From assembly GCA_965261025.1 (NCBI GenBank), contig OZ253438.1, positions 9,229 to 73,228 of the forward strand: 64,000 nucleotides of DNA. The letters are read 5' to 3'. Positions 39,641 to 47,844 of this stretch are shown in pieces. The notes beneath the pieces were generated by a model that made no database searches, was not told the DNA's origin, and saw only the letters and a program-made list of their open reading frames with translations. Each line of letters starts with the position of its first letter. Within the stretch, counting starts at the first letter, position 1. This DNA comes from Chlamydiales bacterium (GTDB lineage Bacteria > Chlamydiota > Chlamydiia > Chlamydiales > SM23-39). The translations under genes and the position numbers were made by a program.

Positions 39641-40253
39641 GAGTGAAAAGGTGTAAATCTTTTCGTTCTATGTTTTGTTTTTTTTCTACGGTATTGCTCA
39701 GCCAGTCTATAAGGCCTTCCCAATATTTTTTGCCAATCATGAAGACAGGAAAAGAGGTGATTTTTTTAGTTTGTATCAAGGTAAGAGCCTCAAAGAGCTC
39801 ATCTAAAGTACCAAACCCTCCTGGAAAAACTACAAAAGCTTGAGCATAGCGAACAAACATTACCTTTCGGATAAAGAAGTAACGATGACTTAGGTGGAAT
39901 TTCTCGTCAATGAAAGTATTGGGAGTTGCTTCATTGGGTAAATTAATGCAGAGACCACAGGATTTTCCTTTGGCAAGTTGCGCTCCTTTATTAGCTGCTT
40001 CCATAATGCCCGGGCCTCCCCCGGTAATAATCCCGAACTTTTTTTCTGCAATCTTTTTTGCCAAAATAGTAGCCTTTTCATAGTACTCTAGTGAGGGGGG
40101 TGTTGCATTCGAAGAGCCAAAAAAAGCTACAGAAGGACCTAAGGAAACCATTGCTTCAAATCCATCTACAAACTCAGCCATAATACGAAAAATGCGCCAA
40201 GAATCCAAAGCGTGCATTTTTTTATGAAAAGGAAAATCAGAACGCTCTTGCAT
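39564..40253 (-). CDS. LOG family protein (TIGR00730; nucleotide phosphoribohydrolase, formerly 'lysine decarboxylase-like')
   Basis: GGGPGIMEAANKGA and PGGFGTLDELFE motifs. Confidence 0.85.
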   Translation of the reverse strand: MQERSDFPFHKKMHALDSWRIFRIMAEFVDGFEAMVSLGPSVAFFGSSNATPPSLEYYEKATILAKKIAEKKFGIITGGGPGIMEAANKGAQLAKGKSCGLCINLPNEATPNTFIDEKFHLSHRYFFIRKVMFVRYAQAFVVFPGGFGTLDELFEALTLIQTKKITSFPVFMIGKKYWEGLIDWLSNTVEKKQNIERKDLHLFTLTDDIDLVVEKIEKHYQKNRSLENF

Positions 40254-40259
40254 AGGTCT

Positions 40260-41165
40260 TTATATAGAGTTGTTTTTTCTTCTTGAGCCCCTTTTTTTTT
40301 GGGAAGAGAGGCTCTTTTGCCTACCATAGGCTACTTCATGAAGATTTTCAATAGCTATAAAAGCAGAAGGGTCGTTCCGAAGGACAATTTCCTTTAATTC
40401 GGCAAGATCAAGTCTTTCTACAATCACAAGCAAAAGATCCCGATTTTCTCCCGTATAGCCTCCTTTTCCTTTTAAGATGGTAAGTCCCAGCCCTAGTTCA
40501 TTTACGACAATCTCCGCAATTTCTTTCGGTTTAGAAGATAAGATTAGAACCGATTTTAATTCTTCCAGGCCTGCTATGACCATATCGATCATTTTGAAGG
40601 CAACTATGTAAGTCATCAAAGAGTGGATAGCTATATGCCAGTCTAAAAAGATGAGACCGTAAGCCGCAAAGATAAAAATATTCACAAAAAGAACGACCTG
40701 TCCTACCGTGAATCCTTTTTTTCGGTTAATCAAAATTGCCAAAATCTCTGTTCCATCTGTGCAACCACCACTTCGGATAATTAGTCCTACGCCAGCGCCT
40801 AAGATGGCACCACCGATTACGATTACTTCTAAAGGGTCTGCATCGAAAGAAGGAAGACTTTCTAAAAGAGCCAAAAAGGCCGCAAAGAGCACAATAGCTA
40901 CCATCATTTGGATCACGAAAGTTCTTCTTATAAAACGGTAAGCTAAGTAGACAAAGGGAAGATTAAAAATAATTAAAAAGAAAGAAAGATAAGCTCCTCC
41001 AAAAAGTCTAGCGCAAATCAAGGAAAGCCCAATTACCCCTCCATCAATCAGTTGGTTGGGAAATAAAAAAACCCGGATAGATAAAGCAGCCAAAAAGGCG
41101 CCCACTGTCATCCAAAAATAGGAAAGAAGAACCTGGTCTACTGACTTAGGAGAAGAGTGTTTCAT
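40260..41165 (-). CDS. YitT family membrane protein (DUF2179 C-terminal domain)
   Basis: 301 aa with 5-6 TM helices and the motifs GGVIGLSLI and TDGTEILA, followed by a soluble C-terminal domain. Confidence 0.75.
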   Translation of the reverse strand: MKHSSPKSVDQVLLSYFWMTVGAFLAALSIRVFLFPNQLIDGGVIGLSLICARLFGGAYLSFFLIIFNLPFVYLAYRFIRRTFVIQMMVAIVLFAAFLALLESLPSFDADPLEVIVIGGAILGAGVGLIIRSGGCTDGTEILAILINRKKGFTVGQVVLFVNIFIFAAYGLIFLDWHIAIHSLMTYIVAFKMIDMVIAGLEELKSVLILSSKPKEIAEIVVNELGLGLTILKGKGGYTGENRDLLLVIVERLDLAELKEIVLRNDPSAFIAIENLHEVAYGRQKSLSSQKKRGSRRKNNSI

Positions 41166-41211
41166 ACCAATCCCACCATATAGACTTCCTAAGAATTATT
41201 ACACAGAAAAA

Positions 41212-41285
41212 CGCGGGAGACGGGGCTCGAACCCGCAACTTCCGCCGTGACAGGGCGGCGATCTAACCAATTGAACTACTCCCGC
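41212..41285 (-). tRNA. tRNA-Asp (GTC)
   Basis: The reverse complement GCGGGAGTAGTTCAATTGGTTAGATCGCCGCCCTGTCACGGCGGAAGTTGCGGGTTCGAGCCCCGTCTCCCGCG folds as a cloverleaf with anticodon loop CT-GTC-AC. No encoded CCA. Confidence 0.92.
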
Positions 41286-41298
41286 AAAAGAGCGCAAA

Positions 41299-41371
41299 TG
41301 GGCGCAAAAGGACTCGAACCTATGACCGCCTGTTTGTAAGACAGGAGCTCTACCAACTGAGCTATACGCCC
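41299..41371 (-). tRNA. tRNA-Val (TAC)
   Basis: The reverse complement GGGCGTATAGCTCAGTTGGTAGAGCTCCTGTCTTACAAACAGGCGGTCATAGGTTCGAGTCCTTTTGCGCCCA folds as a cloverleaf with anticodon loop CT-TAC-AA. Confidence 0.92.
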
Positions 41372-41385
41372 GGCCAAAGATACAC

Positions 41386-41415
41386 AATTTACCTTCTATG
41401 ACCCATATTTTACAA
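41386..41415 (-). promoter_or_regulatory. candidate sigma-70/66-type promoter for the tRNA-Val/tRNA-Asp pair
   Basis: On the minus strand, TTGTAA (41415-41410), an 18-nt spacer, then TAAATT (41391-41386), about 14 nt upstream of the tRNA-Val 5' end. Hexamer match only. Confidence 0.3.
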
Positions 41416-41606
41416 GAGTTTTGGTAGAAGAACCTTGAGAATTTGTATAAATAGAGAGGAATTTTCCGGTAAAAAAAGCATAAAAAGATATAAAGTCGAG
41501 GTTGATATATTTTCCTAGTTAATTATAAGATCCCCCAAAAAGGATAACTAAAAATATTTTAATTTTCTTAAGTTACGCGAGAAGAGGGTTACAGAAGGGG
41601 GAAAAA

Positions 41607-42053
41607 TTGGAAAAGGTAGGAGCTAAACGCTTCTTTATTGGGGAAAGAGGCTGGAAAATTTCCGATCTATTTTTCTTTTCTCTTATTTTGTTATTTTTTA
41701 GTTTTGCAGCCTGCTCTTTACCAGATCAGGAAGGTTTTCAGAAAAAGGCAGAAAAAATTCAAGAGGCAATGGTGGAGGATTTAAAAGAGGTTTCCTGTAA
41801 AGAGGATCTAATAGAGAAAATTCCTGCTTTGAAAAAAAACTACAAGAAAATAGCAAAGCTGTTGAAACAAGCTTCCGAATCTTTTATAGAAGAGCCTCTT
41901 CTATTTAATCCTGAGCCAAGCAAAACCAGTCTAGACCTTTACAGGGAATTTTTGAGAATCTACGAGATCCCAGGAGGAAAAGAGATCTTAGAAAGGATTC
42001 AAAAAGAAGCGGCTCTTCTTCTGCCCAAAGAACCTCTCACTGGAGAATCTTAA
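41607..42053 (+). CDS. hypothetical lipoprotein
   Basis: 148 aa with a hydrophobic leader ending in the lipobox-like FSFAAC. TTG start. Confidence 0.5.
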   Translation: MEKVGAKRFFIGERGWKISDLFFFSLILLFFSFAACSLPDQEGFQKKAEKIQEAMVEDLKEVSCKEDLIEKIPALKKNYKKIAKLLKQASESFIEEPLLFNPEPSKTSLDLYREFLRIYEIPGGKEILERIQKEAALLLPKEPLTGES

Positions 42054-42077
42054 GTAAGAGGCCTTAGGGTAAGAGAG

Positions 42078-42281
42078 CTATCTTTTCCTTTTTTTCAAGA
42101 TACGCCATTCGATCAAAATATAGATTGCAGCAGCTCCGAAGAGGAAATAGACAAGACGAGTGAACCAGCAAGTCTCTATGAAATATTCCAAGATATTAAA
42201 CTGAAAAAGGCCCATGGAGCCCCAAAATATGCCAGATAAGATTAAAAGAAACATCGCTGCTGTTTCTCGATTTTTTTTCAT
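42078..42281 (-). CDS. small two-TM membrane protein (DUF378-like)
   Basis: 67 aa with two TM helices. The pattern LLILSGIFWGSMGLFQFNILEYF resembles DUF378. Confidence 0.5.
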   Translation of the reverse strand: MKKNRETAAMFLLILSGIFWGSMGLFQFNILEYFIETCWFTRLVYFLFGAAAIYILIEWRILKKRKR

Positions 42282-42357
42282 ACATAAACCCCTTGTAAAA
42301 TTTGGTTATACCACCCTTTTCATAATCTACATATAAAAAATTTTTGAAAAGAGTTTT

Positions 42358-43182
42358 CTAAGAAAGCTCTTCAAAGTTTAGATCTTCTGTAGGAAGACTG
42401 TTAAACAAACTTTCGAATAAAGGTTTATGATACTGTAAAAGCCTAGAGTCAGTTAATTCGTTTACGTAGATAGGAACACAAGTTACGTATCCTTCCTCTA
42501 AAAGTCTTACATCACTTTCCTCTTCTTCTTCACAGGCTTTCCAGGTTCCTCCCAGCCAAAAATAGGGATCTCCTCCTGGATGAATTCTTCTATCGGGTCT
42601 GTCTGTCCAAAATCCCTTGCCTTGTTTTGCCATTTTTACTCCCAGGACTCTCTCTTTAGAAGGGGAAGGAAAATTGACATTTACGAAAGATCCTTGGGGC
42701 AGGGGGTGTTTCAAAAAGTGTTCCACAATAGGGAAAATATACTTTGTGAAAGCTCCATAATTGGGGTTTTCAAAATCACTACAGGAAAAGGCGATACCTG
42801 GAACATTATTTCGGTATAATCCTTCAATCACAGCTCCAACGGTTCCGCTATATAAGACATTTCTTCCTGCGTTTGAGCCGCGGTTTATACCTGAGACAAT
42901 GAGATCAGGCGGAATTTTTAACAAAGAATTCAGGGCAAGCTTCACACAATCTGCAGGGGTACCATTTACATGAAAAACGTTTTCTGCTCCCTCCCACACC
43001 ACAGGAGAAATCTTTAAAGGTTTTGTAAGTGTAAGGGAAAGGGCGGCTCCTGATTTTTCGGCAAGGGGAGCTACTACAGTGCAATCTGCCTGCTCTTTTA
43101 TAGCATTATAAAGGTAACGGATTCCTGGAGCATGAACTCCATCGTCATTGATAATTAAAATGTGGGGCCTTTTAGGCTTCAT
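42358..43182 (-). CDS. surE: 5'/3'-nucleotidase SurE
   Basis: ILIINDDGVHAPGI N-terminal motif plus GINRGSNAG and SGTVGAV. Confidence 0.92.
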   Translation of the reverse strand: MKPKRPHILIINDDGVHAPGIRYLYNAIKEQADCTVVAPLAEKSGAALSLTLTKPLKISPVVWEGAENVFHVNGTPADCVKLALNSLLKIPPDLIVSGINRGSNAGRNVLYSGTVGAVIEGLYRNNVPGIAFSCSDFENPNYGAFTKYIFPIVEHFLKHPLPQGSFVNVNFPSPSKERVLGVKMAKQGKGFWTDRPDRRIHPGGDPYFWLGGTWKACEEEEESDVRLLEEGYVTCVPIYVNELTDSRLLQYHKPLFESLFNSLPTEDLNFEELS

Positions 43183-44627
43183 AAAAATTTTCCTCCTGAA
43201 TCATTAGGATGTGAGCTCTTTTTTCTTGTAATATAGGAAATACAGAATATTGTGAAGGCACTTAATAAGAAGGCAGGGAACATAGCAGGAATATCCCCAG
43301 GTAGGTTTCTTGATAGATAAGGCCATAAAGCTCCTAGGAAAGCTCCTACGAGCACTCCCCAAAAACCTCCTTCCTTATTGATCTTTCGAGAAAATAAACA
43401 AAAAAGAAGTAAAGGGCCGAAAGAAGAGCCTAAACCTGACCAAGCATAAAGAACTAAAGAATAGATAGTGCTTACTTTAAAATAGGCAATCATAAAAGCT
43501 ACGCAAGAGATAAATAAAACACTGAGGCGAGAAATAAGGAGAAGTTCTTTACTTTTTGCTTGAGGACGAAAGATTTTTTTATAAAAATCTTCTGCTAAGG
43601 AAGAAGCGACTACTAAAATTTGAGCTGCCATAACATTGGTAGTAGCAGCTAAGATAGCACAAAGAACCAGCCCTGAGAAAAAGGGAGTTAGAAACTTTTT
43701 TACCAGTTCTAAAATCACCATTTCTGGGTTAGAAAGAGTGGCAAAATAGTAGATACCAATCCATCCCACCAAAGTAGCACCACAGATGGCAAGTATCTGC
43801 CAGCTAATCCCTAAAATCTTGGACTTCACTAGATCAGAAGTTTCCTTAATGCCCATAAATTTAGTAATCACATGAGGTTGTCCAAAATACCCAAGTCCCC
43901 ATCCGGCAGAAAGGGCTAATATTTGGTATAAGGTATATCCTGAAAAGTCGGGGAACAGAGAGTATAACAAATGTTTTTTCTCTACAGCTTGGTTTATTAA
44001 AGAGATGTTCCCTATCAGGTAAAGGAGATATAAGGGAATGAAGAGAATAACCCCTAGAAGGAAAAATCCTTGAAATACATCGATCCAAGCAACTGTTTTA
44101 TATCCCCCACAGAAGACATAGATAGTTACGATCAAAACTCCTATGGAAATGCCAAGAAAGTAGGGAAGATTAAAAAGAGTTTCTACCAGGTAGCCAAGCC
44201 CTATTAGGCCTGAAGAGATGTAGATGGTATAAAAAAGAAAGCAGCTCAAAGAGGTAACAAGCCGAATCCTTCCAGAAAAATCTGCTAATCTTTTTTCAAA
44301 ATAGGTACTTAAAGTAAGACTCTCCGTTTTTTCCGTTGCCTTGCGAATATTAGGTGCTACAAACTGCCAGTTTAAAAACATGAAAAAAGTAAGGCCAATT
44401 CCAGCCCAAGCGTAAAAAATCCCTCCCGTGAAGATAAGAGCAGGATACGCTAAAAAAAGCCAGCTACTCATATCACTGGCATGGGCAGAAAGAGCGGTTA
44501 GCCAGAAATTCAAGGAGCGATTTCCTAAGATGAAGTCGGTATCGGTTTTTTGTTTTTTAGAAGCAAAAATCCCAATGCACAAAAGGAGCAAGAAATAAAA
44601 AGAGAAGATAAAAAGCTCTAAGGTCAT
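43179..44627 (-). CDS. sodium:solute symporter family transporter (PutP/PanF-like)
   Basis: 482 aa with ~13 TM helices and an SSF-like N-terminus (FILGNRSLNFWLTALSAHASDMSSWLF). Confidence 0.8.
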   Translation of the reverse strand: MTLELFIFSFYFLLLLCIGIFASKKQKTDTDFILGNRSLNFWLTALSAHASDMSSWLFLAYPALIFTGGIFYAWAGIGLTFFMFLNWQFVAPNIRKATEKTESLTLSTYFEKRLADFSGRIRLVTSLSCFLFYTIYISSGLIGLGYLVETLFNLPYFLGISIGVLIVTIYVFCGGYKTVAWIDVFQGFFLLGVILFIPLYLLYLIGNISLINQAVEKKHLLYSLFPDFSGYTLYQILALSAGWGLGYFGQPHVITKFMGIKETSDLVKSKILGISWQILAICGATLVGWIGIYYFATLSNPEMVILELVKKFLTPFFSGLVLCAILAATTNVMAAQILVVASSLAEDFYKKIFRPQAKSKELLLISRLSVLFISCVAFMIAYFKVSTIYSLVLYAWSGLGSSFGPLLLFCLFSRKINKEGGFWGVLVGAFLGALWPYLSRNLPGDIPAMFPAFLLSAFTIFCISYITRKKSSHPNDSGGKFL

Positions 44628-45388
44628 ATTTCCTTTCTTAAAGAGGGGATTAGGGCTTTGCCTCGGTTTAATTTTTTCCCTGCCAAAAACAAATTTTGTG
44701 AAGTATTTGGGAATACTTCTTCCAGTTTTTTTATTAAATCTTTTGTTTTTTTACGATGAGAATTTTGTCCATAGGGGCATTGGCATGTGACCCTTTGAAA
44801 TCCATAATGTTGGGCAAAGCGAATTAACTTCTCCTCTTCTACAAAAATCAAAGGACGCAAAACAGTTACCCCGAAGTTATACATAAAAATTTTAGGCTGG
44901 ATAGGTTCAAACTCTGCTTTATGTAGTAGGTTTAATAAAAGCGTTTGGTTGCTATCGTCGAAATGGTGGCCAAAGGCAATTTTACAAGAGCCTTCCTTTT
45001 TTGCTTTTTCGAATAAAAGTTTTCTCCTTTCTCTGGAGCAGCTATAACATTCTAGGGATTCTTCTTTCAAAAAAGATTCTTCTATGAAAAAAGGGATCTT
45101 AAGGGCTTGGCAAATTCTTTCTAAAAAAGGGACGCTAACCCCAGCTCCACAGGAAAACCTTCCTTTTACATGTATGGCTATTAGGTCAAAAAAAGGAAGA
45201 CCTCTTCCTCTCAAAGCATGCAGAAAATAAAGAAGGGCTAAGCTATCTTTTCCTCCACTTAAAGCAACGGAGATAGTTTCTCCTTTCTGAATCATCTCGT
45301 ACTCGTGGAGAGCTTTTCTGATTTTACTCTCTATCTGTCTTCCTAAGAGGGGCCAAGGAGGGGATGCTATAGGGGCAAAAGCTGTCAT
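44624..45388 (-). CDS. ttcA: PP-loop ATPase, TtcA-like tRNA thiolation protein
   Basis: SVALSGGKDSLALL PP-loop, HHFDD, and Cys pairs (CYSC, CQCP). Confidence 0.7.
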   Translation of the reverse strand: MTAFAPIASPPWPLLGRQIESKIRKALHEYEMIQKGETISVALSGGKDSLALLYFLHALRGRGLPFFDLIAIHVKGRFSCGAGVSVPFLERICQALKIPFFIEESFLKEESLECYSCSRERRKLLFEKAKKEGSCKIAFGHHFDDSNQTLLLNLLHKAEFEPIQPKIFMYNFGVTVLRPLIFVEEEKLIRFAQHYGFQRVTCQCPYGQNSHRKKTKDLIKKLEEVFPNTSQNLFLAGKKLNRGKALIPSLRKEI

Positions 45389-45458
45389 AACTCTTCTTTT
45401 TTAGCATGGACAGCGCTTATCCGTATATGGTAAACTCTCCCCCAAAAAAAGAAACTAT

Positions 45459-45701
45459 ATGAAAAAACCTGGTAGGAATGACCCTTGCGTTTGTGGAAGT
45501 GGAAAGAAGTTTAAGAAGTGTTGTGAAAACAAGATGCTTGGTAAGAAATATTTTGCACAAGATCTTACCCAGAAGTTTTCAGGGAAGTTTAATCTTACTT
45601 CTTTGTTTCAGGATACTGCTCCAGAAAAACCTCGAGAAGAAGCCTCAGAAAACAAAAATCCCCCAGAGGAAAATAAAAGCGAGTCTGACAAAACCAGTTG
45701 A
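45459..45701 (+). CDS. SEC-C motif domain protein
   Basis: 80 aa with N-terminal [18 protein letters not shown] (SecA C-terminal-type zinc motif). The rest is disordered and acidic. Confidence 0.65.
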   Translation: MKKPGRNDPCVCGSGKKFKKCCENKMLGKKYFAQDLTQKFSGKFNLTSLFQDTAPEKPREEASENKNPPEENKSESDKTS

Positions 45702-45741
45702 GAGCAAAACATACTTTTTGCTATAAACCCTTTATCTTTTT

Positions 45742-45814
45742 GCTGGTGTAGCTCAATTGGTAGAGCACCTGACTTGTAATCAGGGGGTTGAGGGTTCGAT
45801 TCCTTTCGCCAGCA
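45742..45814 (+). tRNA. tRNA-Thr (TGT)
   Basis: GCTGGTGTAGCTCAATTGGTAGAGCACCTGACTTGTAATCAGGGGGTTGAGGGTTCGATTCCTTTCGCCAGCA folds as a cloverleaf with anticodon loop CT-TGT-AA. Confidence 0.9.
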
Positions 45815-45825
45815 AATCCTCTGAA

Positions 45826-45907
45826 GGGGGTGTCGCATAGTGGCAATTGCAAGGGACTGTAAATCCCTCGACTTCGGTCTCCGTTGGTTCGAGTCCAACC
45901 GCCCCCA
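45826..45907 (+). tRNA. tRNA-Tyr (GTA), class II with long variable arm
   Basis: GGGGGTGTCGCATAGTGGCAATTGCAAGGGACTGTAAATCCCTCGACTTCGGTCTCCGTTGGTTCGAGTCCAACCGCCCCCA, with anticodon loop CT-GTA-AA. Its 3' 59 nt recur at 47741-47799 and, degraded, at 56131-56184. Confidence 0.92.
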
Positions 45908-46015
45908 TTTTCCTGGACGGTTCTTAAAGTCCGGCATCGTTAAGAACGGTTCTCTCGCTGAAACTGAGAGATTTCCGTCTTTCAATAGCAAGTTCTGAAA
46001 TACTAAATCTAAAAG

Positions 46016-46330
46016 TTATCGTTTTTCATCAGGTTCAGAACTCTCGAAAATTTCTCGAGCGCGAGCCGCGAGGTTCATAACCAGGTTTGCTGTGATATAA
46101 AAATTTTGGTCAGCCTTTTCATGTCGTCCCATCTGTTCGATGATTTCAGTTTGCCGAGATTTGTAGCTGGCGACTCTCTCCAGATACATCTTTTCCGTGA
46201 TCAAGCCATCGAGTTTGTCGTCATAGATTTGATTCAACCGTTTCTGAATGCGCTCCTGCTCTGATCGAAGAACCTGGAGGCTTTCAGAATCCTGGCAGTG
46301 GGCATCGGTAAACTTGCAAATAAAGGTCTC
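46016..46330 (-). pseudogene. remnant of a large serine recombinase (C-terminal coiled-coil region only)
   Basis: The translation ...SEQERIQKRLNQIYDDKLDGLITEKMYLERVASYKSRQTEIIEQMGRHEKADQNFYITANLVMNLAARAREIFESSEPDEKR resembles the YEDKLDG.I....Y coiled-coil segment of phage/ICE large serine recombinases. The catalytic N-terminal domain and the C-terminal end are absent. It lies next to the tRNA-Tyr 3' end. Confidence 0.6.
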
Positions 46331-46558
46331 AATGCTGAGGAGTGGAGAGACATAAAAAGAAAATACGCTTAGAAAATTTTATCGGTTTTTGGTAGTCTCG
46401 ATTAAGATTTTTTTAACCAAGAATGTCCTCAGTGGTCGATACATCAACTAGAGAATCAGAACTCATCCCTTCCACATACGTCGAGTTGCTCAATATTCCC
46501 AAAGAAAAAGATCCGTTCTTCTCAAATTAAAGCCTCTATTTCCGTAAACACAGAGCTG

Positions 46559-47536
46559 GTGAAACTCTACTGGGAAATCGGGCTCGAGATTGTCCAAAGA
46601 CAAAAGGAAGAAGGGTGGGGGACTAAAGTGATAGATAACCTGGCCAAGGATCTTAAAACCAGTTTTCCTCAAATGGCAGGATTTTCTCCTCGTAACCTAT
46701 TCTATATGAAGCAATTTGCAGAAGCTTATCCAGAATTTTCAATTTTGCAGCAAGCTGCTGCAAAAATACCCTGGGGTCACAACATGGTCCTCATCGACAA
46801 ATTGGATGAGTTGAATAAACGACTTTGGTATGCCCAGAAGACAATTGAAAACGGATGGAGTCGAAATGTCTTGGAGATGTGGATTGAATCAGATCTTTAT
46901 AGTAGGCAGGGAAAAGCATTAACAAATTTTTCAACTACTCTTCCTCAGTTAGATTCTGATCTAGCAAACGCGACTTTAAAAGACCCTTATTGCTTTGATT
47001 TCTTGAGGATGCGTGAACAAGCTGATGAGGCTGAAATTGAAGCAGGGCTGGTTGAACACATTCAAAAAGTACTTATCGAACTTGGGACTGGTTTTGCTTT
47101 TGTGGCTCGGCAACATCGAGTTGAAGTTGATGGAGAGGAATTTTCAATCGATTTGCTTTTCTATCACTTTAAACTTAAACGATTTGTGGTTGTAGAACTC
47201 AAGAATGGCCCATTCAAACCCGAGTATGCGGGAAAGATGAGCTTTTATTTGGCTGCAGTAGATGCTCAACTCAAACAACCCGAAGATGCACCCTCGATTG
47301 GGATGATTCTTTGTAAAACAAAAAAAAGACTTATGGTTGAGTACACTCTTCAAGATAGTCGACGTCCCATTGGATTGGCCAGCTATACGACGAAGCTCAT
47401 AGAATCTGTTCCAAAAGACATAAAATCAAGTTTGCCAACTATTGAAGAAATTGAATGTAAGCTCACTGAAAGTAAAATTAAAAATAATTCAGCAAAATTA
47501 AAAGATAGAAATAATGGTGTTTTTAATGATTTTTAA
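46559..47536 (+). CDS. DUF1016/YhcG-family PDDEXK nuclease (N-terminus apparently frameshifted)
   Basis: (E)LVKLYWEIG, WGHNMVLIDKL, AQKTIENGWSRNVL, LKDPYCFDFL, ELGTGFAFV, DLLFYH...VVVELK are the collinear motifs of YhcG-like nucleases. An upstream ATG at 46423 encodes a matching N-terminal piece (..YVELLNI..) in another frame, with a frameshift near the A-run at ~46505-46515. Confidence 0.75.
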   Translation: MKLYWEIGLEIVQRQKEEGWGTKVIDNLAKDLKTSFPQMAGFSPRNLFYMKQFAEAYPEFSILQQAAAKIPWGHNMVLIDKLDELNKRLWYAQKTIENGWSRNVLEMWIESDLYSRQGKALTNFSTTLPQLDSDLANATLKDPYCFDFLRMREQADEAEIEAGLVEHIQKVLIELGTGFAFVARQHRVEVDGEEFSIDLLFYHFKLKRFVVVELKNGPFKPEYAGKMSFYLAAVDAQLKQPEDAPSIGMILCKTKKRLMVEYTLQDSRRPIGLASYTTKLIESVPKDIKSSLPTIEEIECKLTESKIKNNSAKLKDRNNGVFNDF

Positions 47537-47740
47537 GGTAGTTTACATTTAAGGTGGTTTTGATTGAAATTTAATGCAATTCGAGCTCAGAACTAGCCCT
47601 GCAAAATAGAGGTTTCTGGATATAGAATCTAGAAATATTTCCTTGTGGGAAGGGAAGTTACAGATAAAGCCTGATCCCCTGGTGCCTATCCAGATTCTGT
47701 GCATAAGCGAAAAGAGCAATAATTTCTTTGGATTTGCGAA

Positions 47741-47799
47741 GCAAGGGACTGCAAATCCCTCGACTTCGGTCTCCGTTGTTTCGAGTCCAACCGCCCCCA
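47741..47799 (+). repeat. direct repeat of the 3' 59 nt of tRNA-Tyr (att-like copy B)
   Basis: GCAAGGGACTGCAAATCCCTCGACTTCGGTCTCCGTTGTTTCGAGTCCAACCGCCCCCA differs from 45849-45907 at 2 positions (anticodon GTA to GCA, and one T-stem base). The 5' half of the tRNA is absent. Confidence 0.9.
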
Positions 47800-47844
47800 T
47801 TTCTCTATGAAAATCCGATAAAGTTTGAGCCAAAAGGATAGCCT

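Noticed and set aside
41199-41387. 62-aa ORF on the minus strand
   Set aside because: It is the translation of the tRNA-Asp and tRNA-Val genes. The RNA genes explain the sequence.
45478-45726. 82-aa alternative-frame ORF overlapping the SEC-C motif gene
   Set aside because: The other frame (45459-45701) encodes the well-defined [13 protein letters not shown] motif, so only one of the two can be real.
45608-45991. 127-aa ORF on the minus strand
   Set aside because: It runs antisense through the tRNA-Thr and tRNA-Tyr genes and the end of the SEC-C gene, so it is spurious.
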